From assembly GCF_009914755.1 (NCBI RefSeq), contig NC_060936.1: a stretch of DNA of 64,000 nucleotides. One strand, given 5' to 3'. This DNA is from the human T2T-CHM13v2.0 reference genome, Homo sapiens. This document shows, piece by piece, positions 14,092-29,633 of this stretch. The notes under the pieces were generated by a model, which searched no databases, was not told where the DNA came from, and worked only from the letters and a program-made list of their open reading frames with translations. The first letter of the stretch is position 1, and each line of letters opens with the position of its first letter. Made by a program: the position numbers and the translations under genes.

Positions 14092-15683
14092 CTGTACAAA
14101 GACATAAAAGGACTTGGTTACCTTGTATTAATTTTTATTAAAAAGGCTGTAAACCAGCATCGATACCAGCACATTGGCAAGGGTTGAAATACGTAGAAAA
14201 GCTGTATTTCAAATAATACACAATTTTTTACACAATTTTCCCAAATGCTGATTTCATCTTACCTTGTTAAGCTATTACTACAAGTAAAATATAAAAGGCC
14301 ACAATACAGAAACTGGGTGAAGTATGTCAAACCTGCTATGTTTACAACATATGAGTTAAAATTCTAATCAACATTTTCTGCTACCTTATGCAAACTTAAA
14401 GTATCTTGTAACAAAAGGTATACACAAGAAGTCAAGCTATTTAATATCAATAATACACTTAACATTTCTTTTCCAGCTATCATCTAGAAAACAGGTAGCT
14501 ATCTCAAGCAGGGGCTGACTAGGTGGCCTGGGGCCATCAGCTCTTGTTAACCATAAATTACCATTTAGCCACTGGCACCCACTTCAGGTATGTTCTTTCC
14601 TTCCAATTTTATACTAAGATGGAAAAGTAGATGTGCTGACTGAAACAGCTTTCTGTTACAACGTTGGTGGCTGCATTGCTTATGACTTGTCCACAGTGCA
14701 TATGACAACTGCCTTTTAATTTTCCCCCTTGCTTGCCTCACAAAGGGCCTATTGACATTGTTCAAAATAAATCACACTAACTAGGAGGCTTGTTTCCTGC
14801 ACTGCAAGATCATATGTATTTTGGTTTACTTCTGTTAGTTCAGTTGGTAATAGCCTACTTTCTACTTAATAGCATACTAATTTCCTTTTTAGTTATTATA
14901 CAACAGCTGTTTGGTTTTGCACAAGTCCCTCTCAGAACTACTGTAACAAATGTAATTTCAATGTTAGTGGAAGACGAACAGGCTGAGTTCCGGATCTTAC
15001 TGCCTTACCCCTTTGAAAATCTGTATCTAAAAGATGATACGCTGATTTTTTAAAATGGCTTAAGAGGCAAGAAGTAAAAATGTGTGGTAGGTACACAGAT
15101 AACACTCTTAGAAATAACCATGTTCCTTCAGCTAGACATAGAATTGCTGTGCTATACCTACATAGTGTCTTTTATGCCCTAAGGATGCTGAGTTGTTTTG
15201 TTTCAGGTTGCATTCACTCAACACTTAACGAGTATGTAGTGTTTACATAGCATTCTTTCATTTGGAAACCTATCTCAGAAAGCCATCATTAGATAAAATG
15301 CTCTCTACTGAAAGAACTGTTAGTTTTCTCTGAGCAATGCTACATGTGAAAATCCAGTTCAAAAGCTGTTTCACATATTTCTGGGTAATTCTCAGGTAAT
15401 TACTCAACAGCTTCAATGGCAATCTCTAAAGTATTCGATACTGGTGAATTTGTCTAAATTGTGGTTTCCTGAAGATCCACCCTACTTGTCTGTTTTTGGT
15501 GGGCAGTGATACGCCTTTTCATTTAATTTTTATCAAAGTAATGCATGTACATACTTTAAGATGTCAAACAGTACTTCCAAACTTATAAAGAAAAATTATG
15601 GAAATACCCACTCTTGATTTCTGCTTCCCCAAAGCACTCATCAAATCCTTTGGCTGTTTCTTCTAACATTTACTTATTACTAA

Positions 15684-16016
<333 letters not shown>

Positions 16017-17781
16017 GCTTCATTCAGGTATTTTCCTAGGGTTAATAATGTCTTTGTTTTCTCTTTTCCTTTTCTTCCTTATTATCCATCATTAATTTAG
16101 CTAACTACAACAAAAGTATAAATCTGAGTTTAATACACTCAAACACAACAACTCATCCATAAGGTTTGTTCCCCACTCTCCTGGCAAAACTCTTTCTTTG
16201 TCCTGGTCCAATATGAACTGGTAACTCTCAAAGCTGCTGTTCAATAGTCATTTTGGGATTGTCCTTTGTCATTATCCCAATAATCCTCTTTGTCCTGTTT
16301 AATCTTTTCCTGAGTTGGAACTCATTTTCTGAATCTCACATTGTTCTTCCATTTACTATCTCATTTAGTGAAGTATATACATACATCCTCCAGCAGAAGT
16401 GGAAAAGGGTGGGAATTCTGAGTTAGTGCACGATGGATAGTTTGATAGGTTATAGAATTGTCTAGGTTAGTAATTATTTTCCCTAGAGTTTTCAAGGCAT
16501 TGCTTCACTACTCCAACTATTGTTGATGACACTCTGTAACCCCAATCCTCTATGTGGTCTGTTTTTACTCTCTCTCTTGTCATCCTCAGACTTCTAGAAC
16601 TTTATGAAGTATTTGGTATGATTTTTTTTTCATTTACTAAGTATTATATTATTTCTTCATATCTGGACACCTGTGCTCTACTATTACGGAAAAAATTTCC
16701 TTTGTATTACTTTTTTAAAAATAAATTTTTGCATTTTTCCTTCCTGAAATTTTATTATTCGATATTGAATCTCTTAAATGAATATCCTATCATCTCTTTT
16801 TTAGTCCTACTTTGAGACTTAAGAACTTATCTTCTACTCCTGTTGAATTTTTGTATTTTTGCTGTAATATTTTTAACTTCTGAAAGCTTTTTCTTAAATA
16901 TTATTTTTCTTGTATCATTGATAAAATATCCCTTCTTTCAGGCTTTGAGGATATTAAGTTTTTTAAAGTTATTCCCTATTTTTCAGCATTGGGTCTGTCC
17001 CATCAGGTTGCTTTTGTCTTTGTTTTGATCTCTATTATGTTGATTTTCCTCAAACATCTGGAGATCCTTGATTGTTTGCTGGACACTAAAATATTGATTG
17101 AAAATGGTGTAGATGGGTGGTCAGAGCCTTTCAGCTAATGTGTTTCACTGTAGGGTGATCAAGCAGACATCTGGTTACTTCATTGGGAGACTCTCAAATG
17201 ACATTATCTTTAAGTCTTTTCTTTTGGGCAAGTCAGTTTTCCAAAAGATGTCCCTTATTTCCTACTTTGGAAAATTATAATAATCAAGACTGCCAGTGCT
17301 TTGAAAAATGCTCTTAGGTAGAGGACTAGAAGCCTCATCATTTGACTTAATTTCCCTCTCTGTTGTTTCCTGTACCATCATTTATGCTAAAGTTTAAATC
17401 TGGTTCAAATACTCATTTTAGAGTGTAAATCTCCAGTCTTTCATTGGGTACTCCCCTTCCTCTACCCACAGCCAGGAATCTTCAGGATCTAAAGATTTTT
17501 AACCAATTCTGTTTTCCAAAACCACCCCATATCTCTGCCTTCACAGATAATGGAGGCCTCCAAACTCAACTTGCTAAGGTTTGATGGTATGTGTACTGTC
17601 TTGAGATTCTTAACTCCATTCTTCCCATGAAATGTCTATGTATCAGCTTTCTGCTAAGACAATTTACCATCCCCCTCATACTGTTTTACTTTCTATTTTG
17701 TGGACACTTATGTGCTGTCCCCCTCTCTCCAGCTTTCTTGTCTTTGTGGCTTAAACTTTGTGGCTTAAAACTCTTCTTTCT

Positions 17782-18090
17782 GGCCAGGCACAGTGGCTCA
17801 CAACTGTAATCCCAGCACTCTGGGAGGCCGAGGTTGGCGGATCACCTGAGGTCAGGAGTTCGAGACCAGCCTGGCCAACATGGTGAAACCCTGCTCTACT
17901 AAAAATACCAAAATTAGCTGGGCATGATGGCGGGCACCTGTAATCCCAGCTACTCAGGAGGCTAAGGCAGTAGAATCACTTGAACCTGGGAGGCGGAGGT
18001 TGCAGTAAGCTGAGATTGTGTCACTGTACTCCAGCCTGGGTGACAAGAGCGAGACTGCATCTCAAAAAAACAAACACAAACAAACAAAAA
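17782..18090 (+). mobile_element. AluS
   Basis: Alu consensus with tail. Confidence 0.93.
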
Positions 18091-18921
18091 ACACACTTTT
18101 CTTTCATTCCTTTATTGTCATTTTAGTAGAGATTTGGGATGAGAGGGATCACAGCATTAAACAAGTACTCAATCTGCTATGCTTAACTAGAACCTTGTTT
18201 TATTTATGTTAATTCAGCATATCCCTAAACATGTTTCATGAAACACTAATCCGAAAGGATGTTTCATGAAAACATCCTTTTGTACGATACAAACAAGTAT
18301 AATAAAGGCTCTGAGCTTAGAACCCAGTACTTGGCAGGCATCCAATTAAAGTCTGACTAATTGATTCCAAAGTTTAATAAAGACATAATTAGATGGATCT
18401 AGTATGTACTTAAAGAAGTACTACATTAAGAAATGCCTGAAAGGGAGATCCTGTCTGTAAACTATATCAATTATAAACTACTATCCCAAACCAAAGATTA
18501 ATGTTCATTCCAAGAAACAAAGTGAACATAAAGGAGATTAAAAACAAAAATGTATAATTCAGTTATCTAGTATGACAGAAGAAAGAAAGTGATATTTCCT
18601 CAACAAATTTGCTAATAGGTTTGCTGTCTAACCTTTCACTATACCTCTAGTGTGGCAACATCATCTTCATTATATGAGAAAACTAGACAGTTTATATAAT
18701 TTTACTAAAGTCACAGGTGTTTTAATGGTAAAAACTGTACAAAACTCAAGGGGCTTGACTTCCAGTAAAACCATCTATTAGACCTGCTGAAGTTTTAACT
18801 AATAGTATACTATATTTATAGGCTATAATAATCTCTAATCAAGATATAAGAATTCGCAACTTCACAAACTCTATTCATTAGTTTGATTACTGTATAACAA
18901 ATGACTTCAGATAGAAAGTCA

Positions 18922-19315
<394 letters not shown>

Positions 19316-20374
19316 AAGCTAAGCTAAGTAGAGTTGCTTCTAAAATCTAACCAATCAATCCTAGATAAAGAGACAGACAACAGTTTCTCAAGTAGTTCTT
19401 TTATAAAAAGAAATTTAAATTATCCTTAGGCTATATCATGGTTTCTGTTCAGTGTAACTGGGTAAATAAAGATGTATTCAATTTGCACAATCCCCCACTA
19501 ACTCTACCTTCGTGACTTTGTCTCTTGGTTCCTTGCTTAGTCATCAAATGTCAACATTTAAGGATACAAGCTGTCTTTTCTGTTGCGTGACAGACTCATT
19601 TCTGCCCCTAAACTTTGCAATAATTCCAAGTTACACTTACAGGTTCTCTTAGTCTTCTAATTAGTCAGTTTGTTAATAAATACTGTCTAAGAAACCTCAT
19701 AAGAAATGTGAAAATTAAAAGAAAAATTAAAAACAAAAGAAATGTCCAAATTAAAGGCAAAAACTCTTAAAGGTTCTAATCTTACAGCTATGATTTATGA
19801 CCTTTAACCTGAAGGAAAAAAAAATCACAGTTAACTGATAAGTGGGGAGCAGACATTCTGCTATCAAAATGAAAGAGAACTAATTTTACATTAAAAATTA
19901 TTTTTGAGCTCAAAAGTACATCCAAACAAGATCCACCAGAATGGCAATAATTTCAGTTACAAAGGTTGCAGACAACCATAAAGTGAGAGGCTTAATTAAG
20001 GTCGGTAACACTAACAATATCATGCTTTGGTATTATTTTGTAGTAGAAAGTGGCATTGGATATAGAGTCAGAAGACTGGATCAAATTCTGGTGGCTCCAA
20101 TTATTAGCAATGTGATCTCGGACAAGACATTTAGCCTTTTAAAAAAGACTTTACAAAATGATGTTAATACATAATCTCAGAAGACAGAGTTATCTTATTA
20201 ACCTCCTCTTTTGACATCTTTAGAAACTTTCTAACAGATTACTTGGCTTCCCATCCTTTTGGAATACTTCAACCAGGTTAGTTTATCTAAAACAGTTTCA
20301 CCGCATTGTATCTCAATGAAAAAAACTTTTAATTGTGTCTACTTGCATAGCAATCTTCCTTTTCAGTCTTATTT

Positions 20375-20584
20375 CCTTTTATTTATTCTTTTGAGAAAGG
20401 GTCTTACTCTGGCGCCCACGCTGGAGTGCAGTGGCATGATCATGACTCACCTGCAGCCTCAACTTCCCCAGGCTCAGGTGATCCTCCCACCTCAGCCTCC
20501 CGAGTAGCTGGGACTACAGGTGTGTATCACCACACTTGGCTAATTTTTGTATTTTTTGTAGAGGTGGGTTTCGCCACGTTGCCT
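20375..20584 (-). mobile_element. Truncated AluJ
   Basis: Right arm plus part of the left arm. Confidence 0.85.
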
Positions 20585-21361
20585 CAATCTTATTTCTGAT
20601 CATCATTAGTCTTAAACATTCTGCCTGAACTCAAGAGTGAGAAAAGAAATGACAACTGGAAGAAACCATCAATTTAACTGAGGAGTCAAGCATAAATAAA
20701 CATATATCAACACAAACTGTTCACCATTAAAATAACATGAAGATGAGTAGATCTTATTTGTACATGAAATGCAAATATACAATTTCTTCAGAGCATCTCT
20801 ATGGTCGTAGACACCTTACTTATCGAAAAACGAATTTGCCTGTCATCTTTATTGAGGTACAATTGACAAAAATTGTATATATTTAAGGTATACTACTTAA
20901 TGTTCTGATATATGTACACATTGTGAAAATAATCACCACAAACCAAACATATGCATCACCTCACAGTTACCATTCTCCCTTTTTCTTGTAGTGAGAACAC
21001 AAGATCTAAATTTCAAGTGTACAATACACCATTATTAATTATATCCACACTGCTGTACATCTATACATTAGGTATCCAGAATTTATTCATCTTGCATAAC
21101 TGAACCTCTGAATCCCTTGACAAACATCTCCCTATCTTCCCCGCTCCCAAAAACCACCACCATTCTACTTCCAAAAGAGAATTCTTCATTATACCCTACC
21201 AAACGTTCTCCCACCAGCCTTCCCCATTTCAGTAACTGGCAACTCCTATTTTACCAGTTCCTTAGGTCAAGACCTTGTAGTCAACCCTGACTTCCTTCTT
21301 TCTTGTAGCCTATATCCAATCCATCAATGAATCCTGTTAGCTTCATCTTTCAAGTACGATG

Positions 21362-21833
21362 CAGCTGACCCTTGAACAACATGTGTTTGAACTCCATGGG
21401 TCTGCTTATTCATGAATGTTTTTCAATAAAAGTTACACTGAGTGTGCTTGCCTCTCCTGCCTCCCCTTCCACCTTTTCTGCCATTGCCATCCAAGACAGC
21501 AAGACCAACCCCTTCTCTTCCTTAGCCCACTCAATGTGAAGACAAGGACAAAGACCTTTATGATGATCCACTTCTGCTCAATGAACAGTAAATGTATTTT
21601 CTCATCCTTATGATTTCTTAATAACATTCTTTCTCCAGCTTACTTTATTGTAGGAATACTGTATATAATACATATAACATATAAAATGTGTTTATCAACT
21701 GTTTATGTTATCTGTAAGGTTTCCAGTCAACAGGAGGCTATTAGTAGTCAAGTTCTGAGGCAGTCAAAAGTAATACACTGATTTCTGACTGTGCAGGGGT
21801 ACCCCTAACTCTTGTGTTTTCAAGGATCAATGG
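21362..21833 (+). mobile_element. MER28/Tigger2a-like element inserted in an L2 fragment (~21180-22530)
   Basis: TIR cagctgacccttgaacaac ... gttttcaaggatcaatgg. Confidence 0.8.
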
Positions 21834-22788
21834 TACATACAGAATGGAACCACTTATCATCATCTCCACTAATATCTCCTTGGCCCAAGCCACTACAATT
21901 TGTGGCCTAGAAAAACGTCACCTAAAATAAAAAGAACAAAAAAGAAAAAAGCCACCTAAATAGTCAATTTCCACTTCTACTCTTATTCGTCTATGATTTT
22001 CTTCCCTTCACAGCCAGAGTAATCCTTTTAAAATGTACCAGATCACGTTACTCCTGAAAACACTCCCTAGCTCACATTGGCCCTAAATGATCTCCCCTTA
22101 TGTCTTACTCTTTCTCCTCCATCTACCTAATTCAGTCATTCTAGCCACACTAACTTCCTTGCTATTCTTTGGAGACATTCCAAGAATATTCCTGTCTCAG
22201 GCTTTTACACTTGCTGTTCCCTTGCCCCAAACAAGATTCCCTGAGATATCTTCATGGCTTAACTTCTTACTTCTTGAAGGTCACTGCTCAAATATATCTT
22301 TATTCAAGAGGGTTTCCCTAACACTTTAAATAAACGGTCATCTCCACAATGTCATCACCCTTTAATCTTTTACCCAGCTTTATTCTTCTTTAAAGCATTT
22401 ATTACCGCCTGTTTTATATTTATATTTGCGTTTGTCTACGAGAAGATCCCATTGACAAGCACTTTGTTGTTTTTGTTCACTACTATACCCCTAAGAGTCA
22501 CTGTGCTCAGTATAGTTAGGTATTTGTTAAATGTATGAGTGATCTCAATTCCCTTTTGCTTCTCCGAGTATGAACATCTAATACTGAGTACGTATTGAGT
22601 ATGAATCTAGAATTTAAACCTGAATAATTTTCATCAAATGTAATATCTAAATATAAGCTGCTTCATCCAATAAATAATCTATTTCAATATAGGAAGAAAA
22701 ACTGACCATGTTAGACTTATCAAATTTCCCTAGTAAAAAGTAACATCACAGCAAAACTATTAATAACGAAATGGATAATCCATGAGTA

Positions 22789-23219
22789 AAGTGGTCCCCC
22801 CTTATTTATGGTGTCTCTTTCTGCAGTTTCAGTTACCTGTGGTCAAATGCAGCCCAAAAATATTAAGTGGAAAATTCCAGATACAAACAATTCTTAAGTT
22901 TTAAATTGTACACCATTCTGAATAACATGATGAAATCTTGTGTCACTCTACCTTCATCACAAGAAGAGTAAGAAGAGTAAGTACAATAAGAAATTTTGAG
23001 AGAGCCCACGCTCACCTAACTTTTATTACAGTATATTATTATAATTGTTCTATATTATTATTCATTATTGTTAATCTTTCCACCACCTAATTTATAAATT
23101 AAACTTTATCATGGGTATGTACATATAGGAAAAAACAAAATATACACAGAGTTTGGTACTATCTGTAGTTTCAGGCATCTACTTGGAACATATCCCCCAT
23201 GGACAAGGGGTAACTACCA
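22789..23219 (+). mobile_element. MER44/Tigger7-family element, internally deleted
   Basis: Ends aagtggtccccccttat ... ggacaaggggtaactac, TA-flanked. Confidence 0.8.
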
Positions 23220-24819
23220 TACCCAGTTCCCTTCAAATCAGTCCAGGTTGGTCAGTGAAGACATTTGCTCATAATTACCTCAGCATCAGCACTCTTGTAT
23301 TACCCACTCAAAGTATAATGAGTATTTCTGCCTATCCTAAACCAAACAAACGACTTCAGGCATCTTAAGTAGATACAGCATTGAGTTACAGGCCTTAGAT
23401 AATGCTAACCTTCTGGCAGAAATTGTTTTTTTCCTCATTATAATTTTAAAATAGCTATCCAATCTAATATGCCACATTCTAAACAGTAAAACAAAATCTC
23501 AAATCAGAATTAATCATAGATGCTTATAAATGAGCTTTACTATACTGAAGCATATGGAATTTAAGATTTTCCTGTATTTCACCTTCTAAAAATGAGCCCA
23601 GGCAAGAGATAAACACTTTAAGAAAATTACAGTTGTCAGTGGTCTTAAAACTAAGACTAGCATAATTTAGTGGGCCAAATTACCTAGAAAAAATCTGTAA
23701 CATCATTTAATCTTCCTCAGCAGTAAATTTTATATTGGTTCTTAGAATTGGCAAGCAAATGCTATTCATAAAAAAAGAATGCTAATCTACAGCAATGACA
23801 TAGAAAAGCAAAGACTGTTTTCATATCTAAAGCTGACAAAAGAAAAATGCCTTTTTAACCACAGAAGTCCAGAGATCAAAACAACTTTTGCTTCAATTTC
23901 ACTTTAATAGTAAAATTTCAAAGGCAGAACGTTTGTTAATCTGTAAATCTAACCTGAGGGATCATATTAATTCTAATCAAAAACAAAGCCAACAAAAAAC
24001 CAACAACTTGGTATTCATAGTGCATAAAAAATGAAGTTATTCACTTTTTAAAACAATAAATTAATTCTTTCACAGCTCACTAATTTACTAGTTCTAGCTG
24101 TAAGTGGAAATTCACTGTGACTTAGTCTGGAAAATAAATGCCCACCTCCTCGCTTACAAACAGATCATAGTAAGATGTTCTTTGGGACAGAATAAACAGC
24201 CTGAACCCCCAAGGAGGAGTCACAAAGAACTATGGATGTTGTCATTTTTATTCAGGCTCTGCTGCAAAGCCTTCCTGTGTATTAGAAAATCATGTACCAG
24301 ACAAAAACAGAAGACAGGAATATTTAACTGCTCATGTAGATAAATATGTTAGAGGTGCTTTATTTCTAAAGTTTCAAATTAGAAGTAAGGCTAGAGGCCA
24401 AACTACAACTTCCTTCAGGAACTGTGAATTACTTTCTTGCTGTCACAGTCTTCCTTTGCTACTGCTTACAGTAACTGGCCCACAAGGTATTTAATCTCAT
24501 CTCCCCCAAGGACTTCTGCACTAATGGGTGGAATAAGGCCACAGTATGAGCTGGTCAACACCAAGAAATTGTGAAACACTCTTTTCTCCCAACACACGCA
24601 CACACACACCCCTTTTAAGAGGAGCAAGAAGGAAAAAAGGGGCAGAAAACAGTATAAATTGCTCCATGAAAACAAAATTTATGTAGGATTTAACACAATG
24701 TACAGAGTTCTGAGGACTATTTTCCAGCCTGAAGTGTTACTGATGAGAACTCTGACACAACCATTAAATTAAAAAACAACAAAAAAAAAGGTAGAATCCA
24801 CAAGCAAAAAGTAACTTAC

Positions 24820-24884
24820 TATGTATCCACTTCAAGTCACAAACTTTTGCACTTAATAGATCTTCTCTTACGATGGCTTTTCTT
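24820..24884 (-). CDS. SCAF11: SCAF11 exon 6 (RKAIVREDLLSAKVCDLKWIH)
   Basis: tttacag| acceptor, A|gtaagt donor, 65 nt, phases match both neighbours. Confidence 0.92.
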
Positions 24885-25106
24885 CTGTAAACATCAATAA
24901 AGACAGGAAAGAATTAAGAAAAAAACTGTCATTTTGCTCACTTATTTTCAACTCATTCTCCTCCATCAAAATGAAATCTATCATGCACTGATTTTGGTAA
25001 CTATGCTGAAATCTGGTAAATGGTTTAAGGATATTCTCACAGACTCCTATGAGATATTAGAATGTCAAGTTAGGTTTTAATATCTATTGAGTTGTATTAT
25101 CTCAGT

Positions 25107-25560
25107 CTTTTTTTTTTTTTTTTTTTTGAGACAAGATTTTGCTGACACCCAGGCTGGACTGTTGTGGTGCAATCACGGCTTACTGCAGTCTTGACCTCCT
25201 GGGCAGAAGCAATCCTCCCAGCTCAGCCTCCTGAGTAGCTTGGACTACAGGCATGCACCACCTTGTCAGGTTAATTTTTTCTATTTTTGCAGAGAGTTTC
25301 CCTTTGCTCATGAGGCTGTTCTTGAACTCCTGGGCTCAAGTGATCCTCCCGCCTTGGCCTCCCTAAGTGCTGGAATTACAGGTGTAAGCTACCATGCCTG
25401 GCTAATATATTTTTTATTCTTATTCTTATTATTATTTTTTTTACTAGACACGAGGTCTCACTATGTTGCCCAGGCTGGTCTCAAACCCCGGATCTCAAGC
25501 GATTCTCCCCCTCAGCCTCCCAAAGTGCTGGGATTACAGGCATGAGCCACCACGTCTGGC
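25107..25560 (-). mobile_element. Composite AluJ with an extra left monomer
   Basis: TSD atctcagtcttt at 25099-25110 and 25564-25575. Confidence 0.88.
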
Positions 25561-27249
25561 TTCATCTCAGTCTTTAAACAACAATCTTACTGGCTGATCA
25601 TGACTGACTGGCTATTGAGCCACGCAGACTAGAGGTAAGCAGATATTGTCTTTTTTAAAAGGACCATTAGGAAATTCTAGCAAAGAAAGCATGATTAGTT
25701 TCACTCCTCACTCAGTTACCATTCTCTACAATGACTTAAAATGGAGGTTCACTACCAAGAAACAAAATACCACTGCAATGCCTTCTTTGGAACTGGTAAA
25801 AAGTATCAGAAACAGAGAGGTCCCAGGGTTTTATTGCTTTGGAAGGGAGAGGCAAAATTGAATGAAGTTTGTCTGTGTGTTGGAAGACCAAGTATCCAGT
25901 AAATAGAAGACTGAATGACAGGACTACTAAAAACATCCAAGACTCCAAAAAAGAGTATAATGTAAATATCCAACAGCTGACAGAGATTTTCCACCTTGGG
26001 AAAAATAGTTAAGCTATGCCTTGGTGGGCAAAGGCAAATTATTAATTTTGCAGCTGTTATTTCCTTATGACAAATCTCAGAAAAAGCAGTTAAATATGGG
26101 GACGACTTTTGCTATGTTAGACTCAAATAAGAGCTGTGAGCCTTATAGGTAATTCTGTGATGACCACTACACCCTTGGCAAGAGCCAAGAGAATTGGGTA
26201 ATTTTGAGGGAGAAAAAAAAAATGCATATCTATGATACTGTCACAGCCAGTGATATGAGTTGTATCAAGAATTAAAAGTATTTCTACCAAAAGGTTATTT
26301 CTTCACTATGCCTGGGAAAAGTGTACTATTATCTACTATGTAAATACAAATGCAAGAACCAAAGCTGATAAGTATTTTTCAGAAATAATTATAAAATTTG
26401 GTCTAATGCAGTTACTAACTTTGGGGCTCATGGGTAGGCTCTTGGAGGGGGTATTCCATGAATACCTTGAAATCATATACAAAGTTTTATGTCTGTAAAC
26501 GTGTATTTTTCTAGCAGAAGGGATCTGAATCATTCTTCACATTCTTAAAGAATGCCATAACTACCCAAAAGTTAACATCTAAGGAGCTTACAGTGTTATA
26601 AATTAGTGATAGGTTGAATTAATCTCAGTGACTACTGCCAACTGTTTTAGGAACTAAATAAACTTACTCTTTTAAGAAATTAGTATTCTGATGAAAAGTA
26701 CTAATGAATCATAGATTTAATTATGAATCTGACAACATATTGACTTAAAAATTCAACTCTTGGACAGCTCTAAATACATTTCAGATCAAAATGAGCTTAA
26801 GTTTCAAATGTATTAGAACAAGTTATTTAAGCATTAATTTCCAGTGTACTACTCATATTCAATTTACCTCAAAAATGTGTTAAACACCTACTAAACTCAA
26901 GTATTAAACACCGCATTTCTAGGCATTTATGTTAAAATAGGCAATGGTTTTAACAGCAACTAAAAAAAAGAAACCTGTATATTTAAAAAAATGTTTTAAC
27001 ATAAACACTTGTTATAGTAGACAGCAAGTGCCTGCTGCAACACAGGAAAGCAGTACGTGAAGGTTAATAAACAGTTTAAATTATAACTGATGAAGAATGT
27101 TGTGCTATACTATTAGGTATTCCGTACTTTTTGTCCATAAGTAACTTGATCAGTGCTATTTACAGTGTGGTATGAGCACCAATGCTTATCTATTAGGTGT
27201 TTAATATTGGTATGTGATTAAGTACAAAAATGAGGGTAAGCATTCAGAA

Positions 27250-27860
<611 letters not shown>

Positions 27861-28006
27861 TAGTCCCTCCTTAAATTATCAAGTGTGTGCTTTTGAATAA
27901 GTGATTAAATACATTTAAACCCCACTTCATTTTTTTAATACCTTTTTTGTACTAGTTAACTTCTGTTCCACTCATTTGCATTCCACTTCTAAAGTTAATC
28001 ACTAAC

Positions 28007-28107
28007 CTTATACAGCTTTTAGAATTTTCATGACAGGAGACCTGTTTCTCAAATGAGTTTTCATTTTTCTTGTCTTTTGTTTCTCTCAGCTGTTTTTTTA
28101 CTTGAAC
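28007..28107 (-). CDS. SCAF11: SCAF11 exon 5 (VQVKKQLRETKDKKNENSFEKQVSCHENSKSCI)
   Basis: ctcatag| acceptor, AG|gttagt donor, 101 nt, open frame. Confidence 0.93.
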
Positions 28108-28788
28108 CTATGAGAAAAGCAAAATCAATTTAGAGCAACAATCCAGCCTTACAAATAACTTTTTAAATTCTTCCTTGAAATGATTAAAATTACAGAAACA
28201 AAACTGTCCAATTAAAAAGTGTAGTCCAAATACATATGCTTATTCATTCAAGCATGCTAAACCATAAGCTTAGTAAGTATGCTTAGGTCTGGGGAAACAA
28301 AATAGTGACAGCTAAGCATAAACAGATTAAGTGCTTATAACAGAGATATGAACACAGATTTGTATATACATATAGGACTCAGAAATTAACTGAGGATGTC
28401 ACAGAAGACTTTAATGAGTAGATGATGTATGAGTTGGTCTTAAAGGATAGTTAGGAATTGGTCTAAGAAAAAAATATTCTAGGTGGAGGAAAGAACAGAG
28501 TTGTAAGGAACAGTGAGAAGCCAATGTAGACAGGTAAAAACAGAGTAGCTAGATGTGAAATTGGTGAAATGTGTTAGGACTCGACTGTAAAGGTTCTTGA
28601 ATAAGAAAATCTACAGGCATCAGAGAGTAAGCGGACTTTTTAAAGCAAGTGAATGCGATGATCAAATTTGTTTTTAGGAAGATAACTTTGGTGTGATATG
28701 GGGAATCAACCAGTTAAGGAGAGACTATAAAAACCAGGCTCTTATAGATAAACTAGATCTTAAAAGAAAGCTCTTAAGATAGACTAGA

Positions 28789-29103
28789 TCTATGCTGTCC
28801 AAGACAACAGTCACTAGCCACATATGGCCACTCAGTGCTTGGAATGTGGCTCGTCTAAATTGGAATGTGCCGCAAGTATAAAATAGACACAAGATTTCAA
28901 AGACTTAGTATAATTTTTTAAAAGAATGTAAAATCTCTCAATAATAATTTTAAAATATTACATGTTGAGCTAATACATTAGATATATTGGATTAAAAATA
29001 AAATATATCATTCAATTTATTTCATTTTTTTATTATTTTAGGATGCTTACTTAAAATTTTAGTTATTTAGTGGCTTATAGTATACTTCTATCAGACAGCA
29101 CTA
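28789..29103. mobile_element. MER33-like hAT-Charlie element inside an L2 fragment (~28240-29950)
   Basis: tgctgtccaa ... agacagcactag termini, and agccacatatggc motif. Confidence 0.6.
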
Positions 29104-29595
29104 GTTAGATGAAAGAATAGGGGTCTACAAAGAGGGAACAATGGAGGGATACAGAAGAAACATATTTAAGACATTGAGCAGAAAAAAACAGATGAGGGAG
29201 AGAAAACTGGAAAAGTCCCAGATATTTCTGATCTTGGTGACTAGGGCTGTGATTCCATTAACAACTGGGGCTGGGGAAAGGGGTAGGGAATGTGATTAAT
29301 TTGGAGTTTGTTAATGTCAGATTTTGTTGGTATTCCAGATAGAGATGCACAAGTGGTTGTAAATACAGGTCTGGCTCTCAGTAAAGAAGTCTAGGACAGT
29401 GACAGAATTTTAGAAGCATCCAAATATACGTAGTACTTAAAGCTACTGAAGTATAATAGCTGAGAAGACTTAGAAAGAAAGTATACTGAAAGAATTTAAA
29501 TGAAGATCCTATGAGTCCTAATGATTAAGAAAAGGAACAGGAGGGTAGGGATATGACAAAGAAGATTGTGAAAGGACAGAGAAGTAAAACAATCA

Positions 29596-29633
29596 TTCAT
29601 ACATACATACATACATACATACTTACATACATA
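29596..29633. repeat. (CATA)n tetranucleotide repeat
   Basis: Directly visible. Confidence 0.9.
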
